From an uncultured Candidatus Rokubacteria bacterium (GTDB lineage Bacteria; Methylomirabilota; Methylomirabilia; Rokubacteriales; DASRDR01): 64,000 nt of DNA. The DNA lies in assembly GCA_963805625.1 (NCBI GenBank), contig CAWDVE010000017.1:704001-768000 (forward strand), in the 5' to 3' direction. The notes beneath the pieces were generated by a model. The model worked only from the letters and a program-made list of their open reading frames with translations, searched no databases and was not told the origin of the DNA. Below are positions 40,918-50,623 of this stretch, one piece after another (the first letter of the stretch is position 1; every line of letters starts with the position of its first letter). Made by a program: the position numbers and the translations under genes.

Positions 40918-41997
40918 TCACCGCCAGACCTCGCCGAAGACCCGCAGGAAGTTCCCTCCCATGATCTTCCGGGCGTCCTCGTCCGAGTACCCGCGAGCCA
41001 GGAGGCCGAGCGTGATGTTCCCCATCTTCGCGAGCGAATCGATCTCCGGCGGGAAGATCCACGGAAGCGGCGGATAGACGACGGGCCGGTAAGGCTTGTT
41101 GGGCCAGTTCCCGAGTTCCCCGGTCTCCGTCATCATCTCGGTCGGGTTGATCTCCTCCGTGAGGTCGGTGCCGAAGCCGACGTGGTCCACGCCGACCAGG
41201 TCGACCACGTGGTCGATGTGCCGCAGGAAGTCCTCGAAGGTGCAGCGCGTGCGGCCGTCGTGATCGAGGAGGAACGGCAGGAAGCAGATGCCGATGACCC
41301 CCCCGGTCTTCGCGACGAGGCGGATCAGCTCGTCGGTCGCGCTCCGGGGATTCGGGCGGAGCCCGCCGCAGGCGGAGTGGGAGACGATCACGGGCCGGGA
41401 GGACAGGGCCGCCGCCTCGCGCGCCGTGGCGTCGCTGACGTGGGCGAGATCGACCACCAGCCCGACCCGGTTCATCTCCTTGACCACGTCGATGCCGAAG
41501 TGGCTGAGCCCCGTCGGGTTCCGCTCCTGGCACCCGTCCCCGACGTAGCAGCGCTCGTTGTACGTGATCTGCATGCAGCGGGCGCCGACGGCGTACAGGG
41601 CCTCGACGTAGTCGACGTCGTCCTCGATGACCACTGACGTCTGGAACCCCGCGATGATCCCGACCTTGCCCTCGCGCTTGGCCCGGCGGATGTCGTCGGC
41701 GGTGCGCACGAAGATCGTCCGCTCCGGGCAGTGCTGGACCCGGAGCTGGAACTTGCGGATCGCCTTCACCCCGTCCGCGAACTTCTGGTAGTGCGCGCCG
41801 CCGCGGTTGAGCGCGGTGATGCCGCCGTCGAAGAGGCGCTGGAGGTAGGGTTCGTTCCATCGGAGCTTGTTGTGCGGGTCCTCGATGTGGTCCGTGCACA
41901 TGCCGTCGATCACGATCGCGGAGCGGTGGACCGCCGCCGCGCGCTCGCGGAGCTCGGGCGTGACGGGGACGGGCTTCCGGTGGGCTCTGGAGGTCAT
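40918..41997 (-). CDS. M19 membrane-dipeptidase-like amidohydrolase with divergent metal site
   Basis: 'QITYN..C..GDGC','GLSHFG..VVKEMNRVG..VDLAH','VSHS','GVDHVGFGTD','IMGGNFLRV'. Confidence 0.85.
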   Translation of the reverse strand: MTSRAHRKPVPVTPELRERAAAVHRSAIVIDGMCTDHIEDPHNKLRWNEPYLQRLFDGGITALNRGGAHYQKFADGVKAIRKFQLRVQHCPERTIFVRTADDIRRAKREGKVGIIAGFQTSVVIEDDVDYVEALYAVGARCMQITYNERCYVGDGCQERNPTGLSHFGIDVVKEMNRVGLVVDLAHVSDATAREAAALSSRPVIVSHSACGGLRPNPRSATDELIRLVAKTGGVIGICFLPFLLDHDGRTRCTFEDFLRHIDHVVDLVGVDHVGFGTDLTEEINPTEMMTETGELGNWPNKPYRPVVYPPLPWIFPPEIDSLAKMGNITLGLLARGYSDEDARKIMGGNFLRVFGEVWR

Positions 41998-42019
41998 CGG
42001 ATCTCCCTTCGGGGACGGT

Positions 42020-43021
42020 TCACGCCTGGTTTCCGCACGAGGCCCGCACGACTAGCCGGGTCTCGAGCGTCCTGCGGACGGGCGGGCGGCCCGGATCGGC
42101 GAGCCGCTCGAGGAGGAGCTCGACCGCGGTCCGCCCCACCTCGCCGGCCGACTGGCTCACGGTCGTGAGCGGTGGCGTCGTGTAGGAGGCGAGCTCGATG
42201 TCATCGTATCCGACCACCGCCAGATCGCCGGGCACGCGCCGCCCCAGCTCTCCGGCGGCCCGCAGGACGCCGATGGCCATCAGGTCGTTGGCGGCGAAGA
42301 TGGCCGTCGGGGGGTCCGGCGAGGCGAGGAGGCTCCGCGCGGCCGCCCAGCCAGACTGCGGGTGATAGTCCCCGCGGAGCACGAGGCTCTCGTCGACGGG
42401 GAGGTCGGCCTCGGCCAAGGCGTCTCGGTAGCCCTGGAGCCGCTGGCCGCTCATGAGCAGGCTCGACGGGCCCCCGATGCACCCGATCCGGCGGTGCCCG
42501 AGGACGATGAGATGACGGGTCGCCAGGTAGGCGCCGCCGCGCTTGTCGCTCAGCACGACGTCGATCGGCGCGCCCGGGAGGTCGCGGTCGACGAGGACAA
42601 CGGGCAGCGGCCGGCGCAGCAGGTCGCGGAGGATGTCCACGCGATTACCGGCGGGCACGTATAGGAGCCCGTCCACCTGGCGCCTGGTGAGGAGGTCGAC
42701 GTACACACGCTCCCGGAGCTCCTCGCCCTCCGTGTTGCACAGGACCACGCTGTGGTCCCGCCCGAAAGCGGCGGTCTCGATCGCCCGTCCGAGCTCGGCG
42801 AAGTACGGGTTCGCGCTGTCCGGGAGGACGAGACCCAGCGTGTGCGTGCGTCCTCGCCGGAGCGAGCGGGCGACGGCATTCGGATGGTAGCCGAGCTCCG
42901 CCATCGCCTCCATCACGCGCGCCCTGATCTCGTGGGAGACGAAGCGCGTGGCGTTGACGACGTGCGAGACCGTGGTCGGCGATACCTGGGCGCGTCCGGC
43001 GACCTCACGGATGGTGGCCAT
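42020..43021 (-). CDS. LacI-family transcriptional regulator (RbsR/PurR-like)
   Basis: '[18 protein letters not shown]','[10 protein letters not shown]','NDLMAIG','GYDDI','PPLTTV'. Confidence 0.95.
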   Translation of the reverse strand: MATIREVAGRAQVSPTTVSHVVNATRFVSHEIRARVMEAMAELGYHPNAVARSLRRGRTHTLGLVLPDSANPYFAELGRAIETAAFGRDHSVVLCNTEGEELRERVYVDLLTRRQVDGLLYVPAGNRVDILRDLLRRPLPVVLVDRDLPGAPIDVVLSDKRGGAYLATRHLIVLGHRRIGCIGGPSSLLMSGQRLQGYRDALAEADLPVDESLVLRGDYHPQSGWAAARSLLASPDPPTAIFAANDLMAIGVLRAAGELGRRVPGDLAVVGYDDIELASYTTPPLTTVSQSAGEVGRTAVELLLERLADPGRPPVRRTLETRLVVRASCGNQA

Positions 43022-43051
43022 GGGTTCCCCCTGGGAGCGCAGGAGTCCAAC

Positions 43052-43075
43052 GAAATCGATTGCGCAATCGGTTGG
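43052..43075. promoter_or_regulatory. Probable LacI-type operator(s)
   Basis: Perfect 14-bp palindrome CGATTGCGCAATCG (43057-43070), also readable as two CG-centred sites GAAATCGATTGC and GCAATCGGTTGG, 31-54 nt upstream of lacI ATG. Confidence 0.6.
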
Positions 43076-43364
43076 GCGAAGACTAGCCCAGCTGCGTCCT
43101 ACGGGTCAAGACCAGACCGCTGCCATTTCAGAGCGGCGAGACAGTCAGGGGAGAAGGCCGGGAGTCGTGACCCCCCGCTCAGCGAGGGGTAGGACCCTGG
43201 CCCAGCACACGCAGCCGGTTGAGCATGCCTATCCAGCGTGCGCCTGCTCCTATCGGCGGCTCCTCGACGGGCTCGTCGCGAAGCTCGACGCCCCTCCAGG
43301 GCGATTCCCAGCTCGTGCGCGTCCTGACTGCCGTCGATCAGGAGCTTCCGCGCCGGGGTGGTAG

Positions 43365-43398
43365 GATCGGGATGAGGACACGATCGGGATGAGGACAC
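43365..43398 (+). repeat. Exact 17-bp tandem duplication containing the RBS
   Basis: GATCGGGATGAGGACAC x2 directly before ATG 43400; TGgTAGGAT extended -10 at 43359-43367. Confidence 0.8.
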
Positions 43399-43399
43399 G

Positions 43400-44056
43400 A
43401 TGAGCGACTCCAGTGCTTCTGCGCGAGCGACGGCCTGCGGTGTACTGCTGCTGGCGGTTCTCGCCGGCGGAGGGGCACTCCAGGGGTCCGGCCCGGCGCT
43501 GGCACAGGACCGCGTGCCGGTTCGCTACGGCGTCGTGGCGGAGGGGAGCGAGGTTCGCTACCGGGTCCGGGAGCAGCTCGTCGGCCTGAGCTTTCCCAAT
43601 GACGCCGTCGGCACGACCAGCGCTGTCGAGGGCGGCGTCACGTTCGATGGCCAGGGGCGCCTGCTTCCCGGCGACTCCCGGTTCACGATCGACCTCAGGA
43701 CGCTCCGGAGCGACGAGGCGCGCCGCGACAACTACGTCCGGCGCAACACGCTCGAGACGGACCGCTACCCGACGGTGACGTTCGTTCCCACCGAGGCGCG
43801 GCGCCTGCCGTTCCCGCACCCGCAGAGCGGATCGGTTCCGTTCGAGCTGGTCGGCGACCTCACGGTGAAGGACGCCACGCGACGGGTCACGTGGAACGCG
43901 ACAGCCAGCTTCGACGGGTCTCGAGTCAGCGTCCGGGCGCGAACCGCGTTTCGCTTCGGCGATTTCGGTCTGAAGGTTCCCCGGGTCTCGGTGGTGCTCG
44001 GGGTGGAGGACGACATCAAGCTCGAGGCCGATCTCGTCCTGCGCCGGGGCGCGTGA
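43400..44056 (+). CDS. YceI-family protein
   Basis: Signal peptide; 'SEVRYRVRE','DLRTLRSD..RRDN','LETDRYP','GDLTVKD.TR.V','DFG'. Confidence 0.88.
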   Translation: MSDSSASARATACGVLLLAVLAGGGALQGSGPALAQDRVPVRYGVVAEGSEVRYRVREQLVGLSFPNDAVGTTSAVEGGVTFDGQGRLLPGDSRFTIDLRTLRSDEARRDNYVRRNTLETDRYPTVTFVPTEARRLPFPHPQSGSVPFELVGDLTVKDATRRVTWNATASFDGSRVSVRARTAFRFGDFGLKVPRVSVVLGVEDDIKLEADLVLRRGA

Positions 44057-44122
44057 GGTGGCCCGCCCGCGATCCGATTCCCGAACCGTGGCGCCGGCGC
44101 GGGCCGGACACGAGGAGGCACG

Positions 44123-44614
<492 letters not shown>

Positions 44615-44615
44615 G

Positions 44616-46883
44616 ATGGCGCTCCCGATCAGTCGCCGCGCGTTCCTCGGCACCGGCGGTGCCCTCGTCGTCGGGCTCGGTCTCGGGGGCCGTGCGCCCC
44701 GGCGCGCCGCCGCGCAGGCTGCGAGCACCCTGCCGCCGACGGCCTGGACGACCGACCGGTACCTCGGCAAGACGGTGGCGCCCGACCAGGTCGACGCCTT
44801 CCTCGCGATCCACGCCGACGACACCGTCACCGTCTTCACGGGGAAGGTGGATCTCGGGACGGGCGGCCGGGCGGCCATGCGGCAGATGGTGGCGGAGGAG
44901 CTGGACGTCGCCATCGAGCGCATCACGGAGCTGATCGAGGGTGACACCGCCCTCTGCCCGGATCAGGGCGGCACCGGGGCCAGCACCGGGATCTCCCGCG
45001 GCGGTCAGGAGCTCCGGCGCGCCGCCGCCACCGCGCGCCAGGCGATCCTGGTGCTCGGCGCCCAGCGGCTCGGGCGGCCCGTCGCGGATCTCGAGACCGC
45101 CGACGGCGTGGTCCGCCCGAAGGGAGGCGGCCCCGGCGTCACGTACGGCGCGCTGATCGGGGACCGCCAGGTCGGCCTCAAGATCGACGCGAAGGCGCCG
45201 CTCAAGCCCTCGAGCGCCTTCCGCTACATTGGCCAGTCCGTGCGGCGACCGGACGTTCCCGCGAAGGCCACGGGCCGGCACCTCTACGTCCAGGATCTGG
45301 CGCTCCCCGGAATGCTCCACGGCCGTGCGATCCGGCCTCCAGCGCTCGGAGCGACACTCCAGTCGGTCGACGAGTCGTCGATCGCGGGCATTCCGGGCGC
45401 TCGGATCGTCCGGATCGGCGGCTTCCTCGGCGTCGTCGCCGAGCGCGAGTGGGACGCGGTGCGCGCGGCGCAGCTCCTCAAGGCCCAGTGGTCGGCGGGC
45501 ACCGGCCTGCCTGACCACCTGACGCTGGCCGACGCGGTGCGCGCAACGCGGATCGTGCGGGACCAGGAGGTTGCGAAGCAGGGCGATCTGTCGGTGCTCG
45601 GCGCCCCCGGTCCCGGCGTGCGGACGCTCGGCGCGACGTACTGGTGGCCGGTCCAGACCCACGGCTCCCTCGGGCCGTCGTGCGGCGTGGCGGACGTTCG
45701 CCCCGACGGCGCCACGATCTGGACGCCGTCACAGGCCACCCACCGTTTCCGCGAGGCGTTTGCCAAGATCCTGAATCTCCCCAGGGAGAAGGTGCGGCTC
45801 ATCTACCTCGACGGAGCGGGCTCCTACGGCCAGAACGGCGCCGAGGATGCGGCCTGCGACGCGGCGCTCCTCTCGCGCGCGGTGGGCCGGCCGGTGCGGG
45901 TCCAGTGGATGCGCGAGGACGAGCACGGCTGGGACCCGAAGGGGCCGCCCCAGCTCCTCGATCTCCGGGCCGCGGTGGGCGAGGGGGGTGACGTGGTGGC
46001 GTGGGAGACCCAGGCCTGGCTGCCGCTCTCGACGCAGGGCCTGCCGAACCTCCCGCTGCTGGCGCCCATCGAGGCCGGGCTCGCCCAGCCGCTCGGCCGC
46101 GCGACCGGCCAGGTCCAGCAGAACATCGATCCGCCCTATCGCGTGGGGGCGGTCCACGCCGTCGTGCACTGGCTCGAGGACTCGCCGTTCCGGACATCCC
46201 CGATCCGCGCGCCCGGCAAGGTCGCGAACATCTTCGCCGTCGAGTCGTTCGTCGACGAGGTGTGCGCGCTGGCGAAGATCGATCCCGTGGAGTACCGGCT
46301 GCGCCGCCTCGCCAATCCGCGGGGGCAGGAAGTGCTCCGTCGCGCGGCGGCGCTGATGGGGTGGCAGCCCCGGCCGTCGCCGCGCCCGTCCGACCCCGGT
46401 GCGGCGGTGCTCACCGGGCGCGGGATCGCCTACGTCCACTACAAGCACGCCGAGAACCACGTCGCCATGGGCATGGAGGTCGCCGTCGAGCGTGCGACCG
46501 GCGTGATCCGCGTGACGCGCGTGGTCTGCGCCCAGGACTGCGGGCTCATGATCAACCCGGACAACGTGGCGAGCCAGCTCGAGGGGAACATCCTCCAGAC
46601 GCTCTCGCGCACGCTTCACGAGGAGATCGTCTTCGATCGGGACCGGGTCACGAGCGTCGACTGGGCGCGCTACCCGATCCTTCGCTTCGACGAGGTGCCC
46701 ACCATCGAGCTCGACATGATCCAGCGCCTCGACGAGCCGCCGCTCGGTGTCGGCGAGGCCGCCTCGGCCCCGGTGCCGGCGGCGCTCGGCAACGCCGTCT
46801 TCGACGCGACCGGGGTGAGGCTGCGCGTGGTGCCCTTCCGGCCGGACCGCGTCAAGGCGGCGCTCGCGTCGCTGCGGACCTGA
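44616..46883 (+). CDS. Molybdopterin large subunit, IorB/NicB-like xanthine-oxidase family
   Basis: Tat 'SRRAFL'; 'GKVDLGTG','VAEELD','GSYG','RAPG','ESFVDE','GVGE','NAVFDATGVRLR..PF'. Confidence 0.92.
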   Translation: MALPISRRAFLGTGGALVVGLGLGGRAPRRAAAQAASTLPPTAWTTDRYLGKTVAPDQVDAFLAIHADDTVTVFTGKVDLGTGGRAAMRQMVAEELDVAIERITELIEGDTALCPDQGGTGASTGISRGGQELRRAAATARQAILVLGAQRLGRPVADLETADGVVRPKGGGPGVTYGALIGDRQVGLKIDAKAPLKPSSAFRYIGQSVRRPDVPAKATGRHLYVQDLALPGMLHGRAIRPPALGATLQSVDESSIAGIPGARIVRIGGFLGVVAEREWDAVRAAQLLKAQWSAGTGLPDHLTLADAVRATRIVRDQEVAKQGDLSVLGAPGPGVRTLGATYWWPVQTHGSLGPSCGVADVRPDGATIWTPSQATHRFREAFAKILNLPREKVRLIYLDGAGSYGQNGAEDAACDAALLSRAVGRPVRVQWMREDEHGWDPKGPPQLLDLRAAVGEGGDVVAWETQAWLPLSTQGLPNLPLLAPIEAGLAQPLGRATGQVQQNIDPPYRVGAVHAVVHWLEDSPFRTSPIRAPGKVANIFAVESFVDEVCALAKIDPVEYRLRRLANPRGQEVLRRAAALMGWQPRPSPRPSDPGAAVLTGRGIAYVHYKHAENHVAMGMEVAVERATGVIRVTRVVCAQDCGLMINPDNVASQLEGNILQTLSRTLHEEIVFDRDRVTSVDWARYPILRFDEVPTIELDMIQRLDEPPLGVGEAASAPVPAALGNAVFDATGVRLRVVPFRPDRVKAALASLRT

Positions 46884-46900
46884 CCACACGCGGCCGCCGG

Positions 46901-47473
46901 GTGACGCGCCGACTGAGGCGATGGGCCGTCGCGCTCCTCGCCATGGCGGCGATCGTGGGCGTCGCGCTGGTCCCGCTCCCGTTCGACGACACGACCCGGA
47001 TCCGCAACTCGGTCTCCATCGACCGGGATCCCGAGGTCGTGTTCGCCTACGTCACGACGCCGGCCAACTGGCCCAGATGGCACCCCTCGTCCCTGCGCGT
47101 GAGCGGGGCGGTGGATCATCCGCTGGACCTGGGCGAGCAGGTGACGGAGGACTTCCTGGTGGCCGGTCGGCGGGGGCGCGCGGTATGGACCGTGGTCCTG
47201 CGCGAGGCGCCGGAGCGCTGGGTGATCGCCGGGGAGGTCGGCGGGCGGCAGGCGGGCGCCGTGACCTACACGCTCGCGAGCGCCGACGCGGGCACGCGCT
47301 TCGATCGCGAGCTCGTCTACGCCTCGCCCAACCTGCTCTTCGCGGCGCTGAACCGCCTCAGCATCCGCGCGAGGATCGAGAGCGAGTCCGCGGAAGCCGT
47401 GCGCCGGCTGAAGCAGGTGCTCGAGGCCACCGCCGGACGTGAGAGGGAGGCATGGAGCCGCGGGTCAGCCTGA
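46901..47473 (+). CDS. SRPBCC/polyketide-cyclase family protein with N-terminal TM
   Basis: 'SVSIDRDPEVVFAYVT.PANWPRWHP', C-terminal helix 'AVRRLKQVLE'. Confidence 0.8.
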   Translation: MTRRLRRWAVALLAMAAIVGVALVPLPFDDTTRIRNSVSIDRDPEVVFAYVTTPANWPRWHPSSLRVSGAVDHPLDLGEQVTEDFLVAGRRGRAVWTVVLREAPERWVIAGEVGGRQAGAVTYTLASADAGTRFDRELVYASPNLLFAALNRLSIRARIESESAEAVRRLKQVLEATAGREREAWSRGSA

Positions 47474-47876
47474 TCACGCTGGGTGTCGCCGACGTCGCGC
47501 GGAGCCGCCGGTTCTACGAGGCGCTCGGCTGGCGGGCGTCGGGCGCGAGCCAGGAGGACGTCGCGTTCTTCCAGGTCGGCGGGATCGCGCTCTCCCTCTG
47601 GGGGCGGGCCGAGCTGGCCGCCGATGCGAACGTCGCGGACGGGCCAGGGTTCAGCGGCGTGGCGCTCGCTCACAACGCGCGCACGCGCGAGGCGGTCGAC
47701 GCGATCCTGGCGGAGGCGGGGACCGCGGGGGCCCGCATCCTGAAACCCGCGCAGCCGACGTCCTGGGGCGGCTACGCGCGGGCTACTTCGCCGATCCGGA
47801 CGGCCACCTGTGGGAGGTGGCCTGGAACCCGCACTTCCCGCTGCGGCCGGACGGCAGCCTAGAGCTTCCCGGCTGA
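47452..47876 (+). CDS. VOC/glyoxalase protein with frameshift near 47780
   Basis: 'SLITLGVADVARSRRFYEALGW','LAHN','WGGY|AGYFADPDGHLWEVAWNP'; extra GC dinucleotide. Confidence 0.85.
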
Positions 47877-47880
47877 GCCT

Positions 47881-48318
47881 CTACTTCCGGTCGAGCCTCG
47901 CGCTCCGGGGCGTGGCGCACTTCCCGCCACCCTCCTCGGTCACCTGCAGCGAGACGGCGCCCCGCTTTCCTCGCCATCGGAGCACGCGCTCCTGGACCCG
48001 CGGATCGTCGGTCCGCGTCTCGAGGACGATCTCGGTTCCCGTGACCATGCCCGTGACGTCCCAGCTGGCCGTTCCCCACGGGTACGTGGTGGCCGCCAGA
48101 CCACGAATGCGTCCGCCCTCCTCGATGGAGACGTCGAAGGTGAATGGCACGCACTCCGCGAGGTCGCCAGTGGTGCGCCCCGCGTAATAGTCTCCTCGCC
48201 AGAGACCGATGCACCCGGTCACGAGCCACGCCGCGGCCAGGGGACCGAGCCAGAGGGCATGCCGGGCGGTCCACCTCGTCGGCGCCCACGTCCGGGACCC
48301 GCTACCCGGCCTCAGCAT
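47881..48318 (-). CDS. Hypothetical lipoprotein
   Basis: GGAG RBS; lipobox-like 'LVTGC'; two further Cys. Confidence 0.55.
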   Translation of the reverse strand: MLRPGSGSRTWAPTRWTARHALWLGPLAAAWLVTGCIGLWRGDYYAGRTTGDLAECVPFTFDVSIEEGGRIRGLAATTYPWGTASWDVTGMVTGTEIVLETRTDDPRVQERVLRWRGKRGAVSLQVTEEGGGKCATPRSARLDRK

Positions 48319-48355
48319 GTCGCTCTCCTCACGGCGCTCGTCGCTCTCACGGGCA

Positions 48356-50623
48356 CTAGCGGCGACCCCCGCCTCGTCCGCCGCCGCCACGCATGCCGCC
48401 TCCCCCAACCCCCGCGCCGCCGCCGTACCCCGCTCCGCCCGCGCTGCTCCGCCACGACTGGGACTGGCTCGCCCGGCTGGCGCCGGTGGTCCGGGCCTCG
48501 GCGTCGCGGTTCAAGCTCTGCACCGTGCTCGAATCGGCGCGCGAGGCGGCGGCGCCGCTCCACTGGCCGCCATCGTACTGCTGCCAGCCGCCGCCCTCGG
48601 TCCGCCGGTAGACCTGACCGTCCTTGCCGACGTAGACGTTGTTGTCCCCGCGCGCCACGACGGCGCTGCCGCCGCTCGACGTGCGGACGGCCGCGGCGTC
48701 CCCCGCGCTGCCGCTGACCCGCGCCGCGTTGACCCAGTCGTCGCCGCGCACCACCGACGTGCTCCTCCAGTTGCCGTAGACGTTGCTGCCTTGCACGGTG
48801 CGCGCGGTGGTCCCCGTCCGGGGATTGTAGGCCTCCGCCCAGGCGCCCGCCCGGTACTCGCCGTAGGCCGCGGCGCCGCGCGCGTAGGTCCCGGTCGTCG
48901 GATTGTAGGCGGCCGCCCGCCCGGCCCCGCCGTAGGGGCCATAGCCGACGACGCTCCGGCCGTAGGTGCCCGTGTGCTCGTTGTACCAGGTGCCCGCGCC
49001 GTACGTGTACCCGTACGGCCAGTAGACGTCGTCGTAGACGTAGGACCCGTAGTACCACCCCGTCCCGAACGCCATCACGCCCCAGGCATAGTAGTCTCCG
49101 TAGTAGCCCGGCAGATAGCCATAGGTCACGTACTGGGGATTCGTGTCGTACACGTAGACGTAGGTCGTGGGATAGACGGGCGCGCTCGGTGGGATCTGGT
49201 AGACCTCACTGGGCACCTTGTCGGCGAGCTCCCAGGGCCCCTCCGGGCTCTTGGCGACGAACCACACCGCCTGGAAGCACAGGTAGTAGACCTCGCCCAC
49301 CTTCAGGACGTCGTACGGGCTGTTGCCTGCGTAGGCCAACTGGGTGCCGGCGATCGGCTTCCACTCGGGCGCGCCCTTGTAGGTCACCTTCGGCGCCTCG
49401 ACCTTGCCGCGCTCGACGCGCGCGGTCTGGGGGATGTGTCCCCGGATCACCGCCTCTTGCGCCTGCGACGTGCCCGGCACGAGGGCGAGGACGTCAGCGG
49501 CCGGATGGTCGGGCGGGATCTTCTTGAAGTCGTCCGGGAGCTCGGTCGTCGCGAACTGCCAGGGGCCGTCGAGCTTCTCGGCGCGGAACCAGCGCCCGGC
49601 CACGAGATAGTAGTAGCGCTGGTCGGCCGCCGCGCGGAACAGGTCGCTCTGGGTGTTGGTGACCCAGGAGAGCTTGGTGCCCTTGATCGGGTCCAGCTTC
49701 GGCTCCCCGTCCAGCAGGATCAGCTCCGCCGGCGTCTCGCTCACGAAGACCCTCGGCGCCGCCGCCGGCGTCAGGGCCACGCCCGGCACCGCCTTCCGCA
49801 CGTCGGCCCAGTTCGGGTCGCTCGCCGGGATCCGCTCGAAGCTCGTGGGAATGGTCGTCGCCGCGGTCCACGGCCCGGCCGGCGCGGGTGCGGTGAGCCA
49901 GCCCTGCTCGTGACGCAGGTAGTAGGTCGTCCCGGCGCGGAGCAGGTCCCAGTTCGTGTTGACCACGTACGAGAACTCGGTGCCGGGGATCGGCGCCAGC
50001 ACCGGCGGCCCATCGATGTTCACCAGGACCGCGGGGCTGGTGCTCACGAAGATCTTCGGCGGGTCCGACTTCAGCGCGGCCGGAGTGAGGGCGGTCTCCG
50101 CCCGCTCGAGATAGGCCGTGATCCGCTCCGTTTCGACGATCACGTCCTCCTTGCTCATGCGCGCCCGCAGCGCGTCGAGGAGGCGCGCGGAGTCCGGCGC
50201 GCTGAGGCCGGGGAACCGCCCCTCGACGATCCGGATGTTGGAGATGCGGACGTGCCCGGCCTCGCTGCTGGTCGAGGTGTCGCCCTCGAGCAGCACCCCG
50301 CCGAGCGTGGGGCTGTCCGTCCCCATCCGGCGGAACGCTACCGCCATGCGCGCCCGGAGGAGCTTGTAGTCCTTCCAGCTCTCGACCTGCGGCTGGTAGA
50401 GCAGGACCGTCGAGCCGTCCCCGCCCATCAGCTCCTGCGGCCACTTCTGGTCGTCCTGGACCGACTTCCCCCCGAACACGGGCGCCGGCGCGCTGCTGCC
50501 ACCACCGCATCCAGCGAGCACGGGCAGCAGGAGGAGGACGCTGAGCGCGCGACCTGAACGAGCGACCCACGGCGCGTCCTCCGCGATGCGATGGCGCGAT
50601 CCGTCGGTCCGGCAGCCCATCAC
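48356..50623 (-). CDS. Large hypothetical lipoprotein with Tyr/Gly-rich repeats and Gly/Arg tail
   Basis: Lipobox 'LAGC'; three similar 'W..A....GPW' modules; YNxxTGT x3; GGGR tail. Confidence 0.75.
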   Translation of the reverse strand: MMGCRTDGSRHRIAEDAPWVARSGRALSVLLLLPVLAGCGGGSSAPAPVFGGKSVQDDQKWPQELMGGDGSTVLLYQPQVESWKDYKLLRARMAVAFRRMGTDSPTLGGVLLEGDTSTSSEAGHVRISNIRIVEGRFPGLSAPDSARLLDALRARMSKEDVIVETERITAYLERAETALTPAALKSDPPKIFVSTSPAVLVNIDGPPVLAPIPGTEFSYVVNTNWDLLRAGTTYYLRHEQGWLTAPAPAGPWTAATTIPTSFERIPASDPNWADVRKAVPGVALTPAAAPRVFVSETPAELILLDGEPKLDPIKGTKLSWVTNTQSDLFRAAADQRYYYLVAGRWFRAEKLDGPWQFATTELPDDFKKIPPDHPAADVLALVPGTSQAQEAVIRGHIPQTARVERGKVEAPKVTYKGAPEWKPIAGTQLAYAGNSPYDVLKVGEVYYLCFQAVWFVAKSPEGPWELADKVPSEVYQIPPSAPVYPTTYVYVYDTNPQYVTYGYLPGYYGDYYAWGVMAFGTGWYYGSYVYDDVYWPYGYTYGAGTWYNEHTGTYGRSVVGYGPYGGAGRAAAYNPTTGTYARGAAAYGEYRAGAWAEAYNPRTGTTARTVQGSNVYGNWRSTSVVRGDDWVNAARVSGSAGDAAAVRTSSGGSAVVARGDNNVYVGKDGQVYRRTEGGGWQQYDGGQWSGAAASRADSSTVQSLNRDAEARTTGASRASQSQSWRSSAGGAGYGGGAGVGGGGMRGGGGRGGGRR

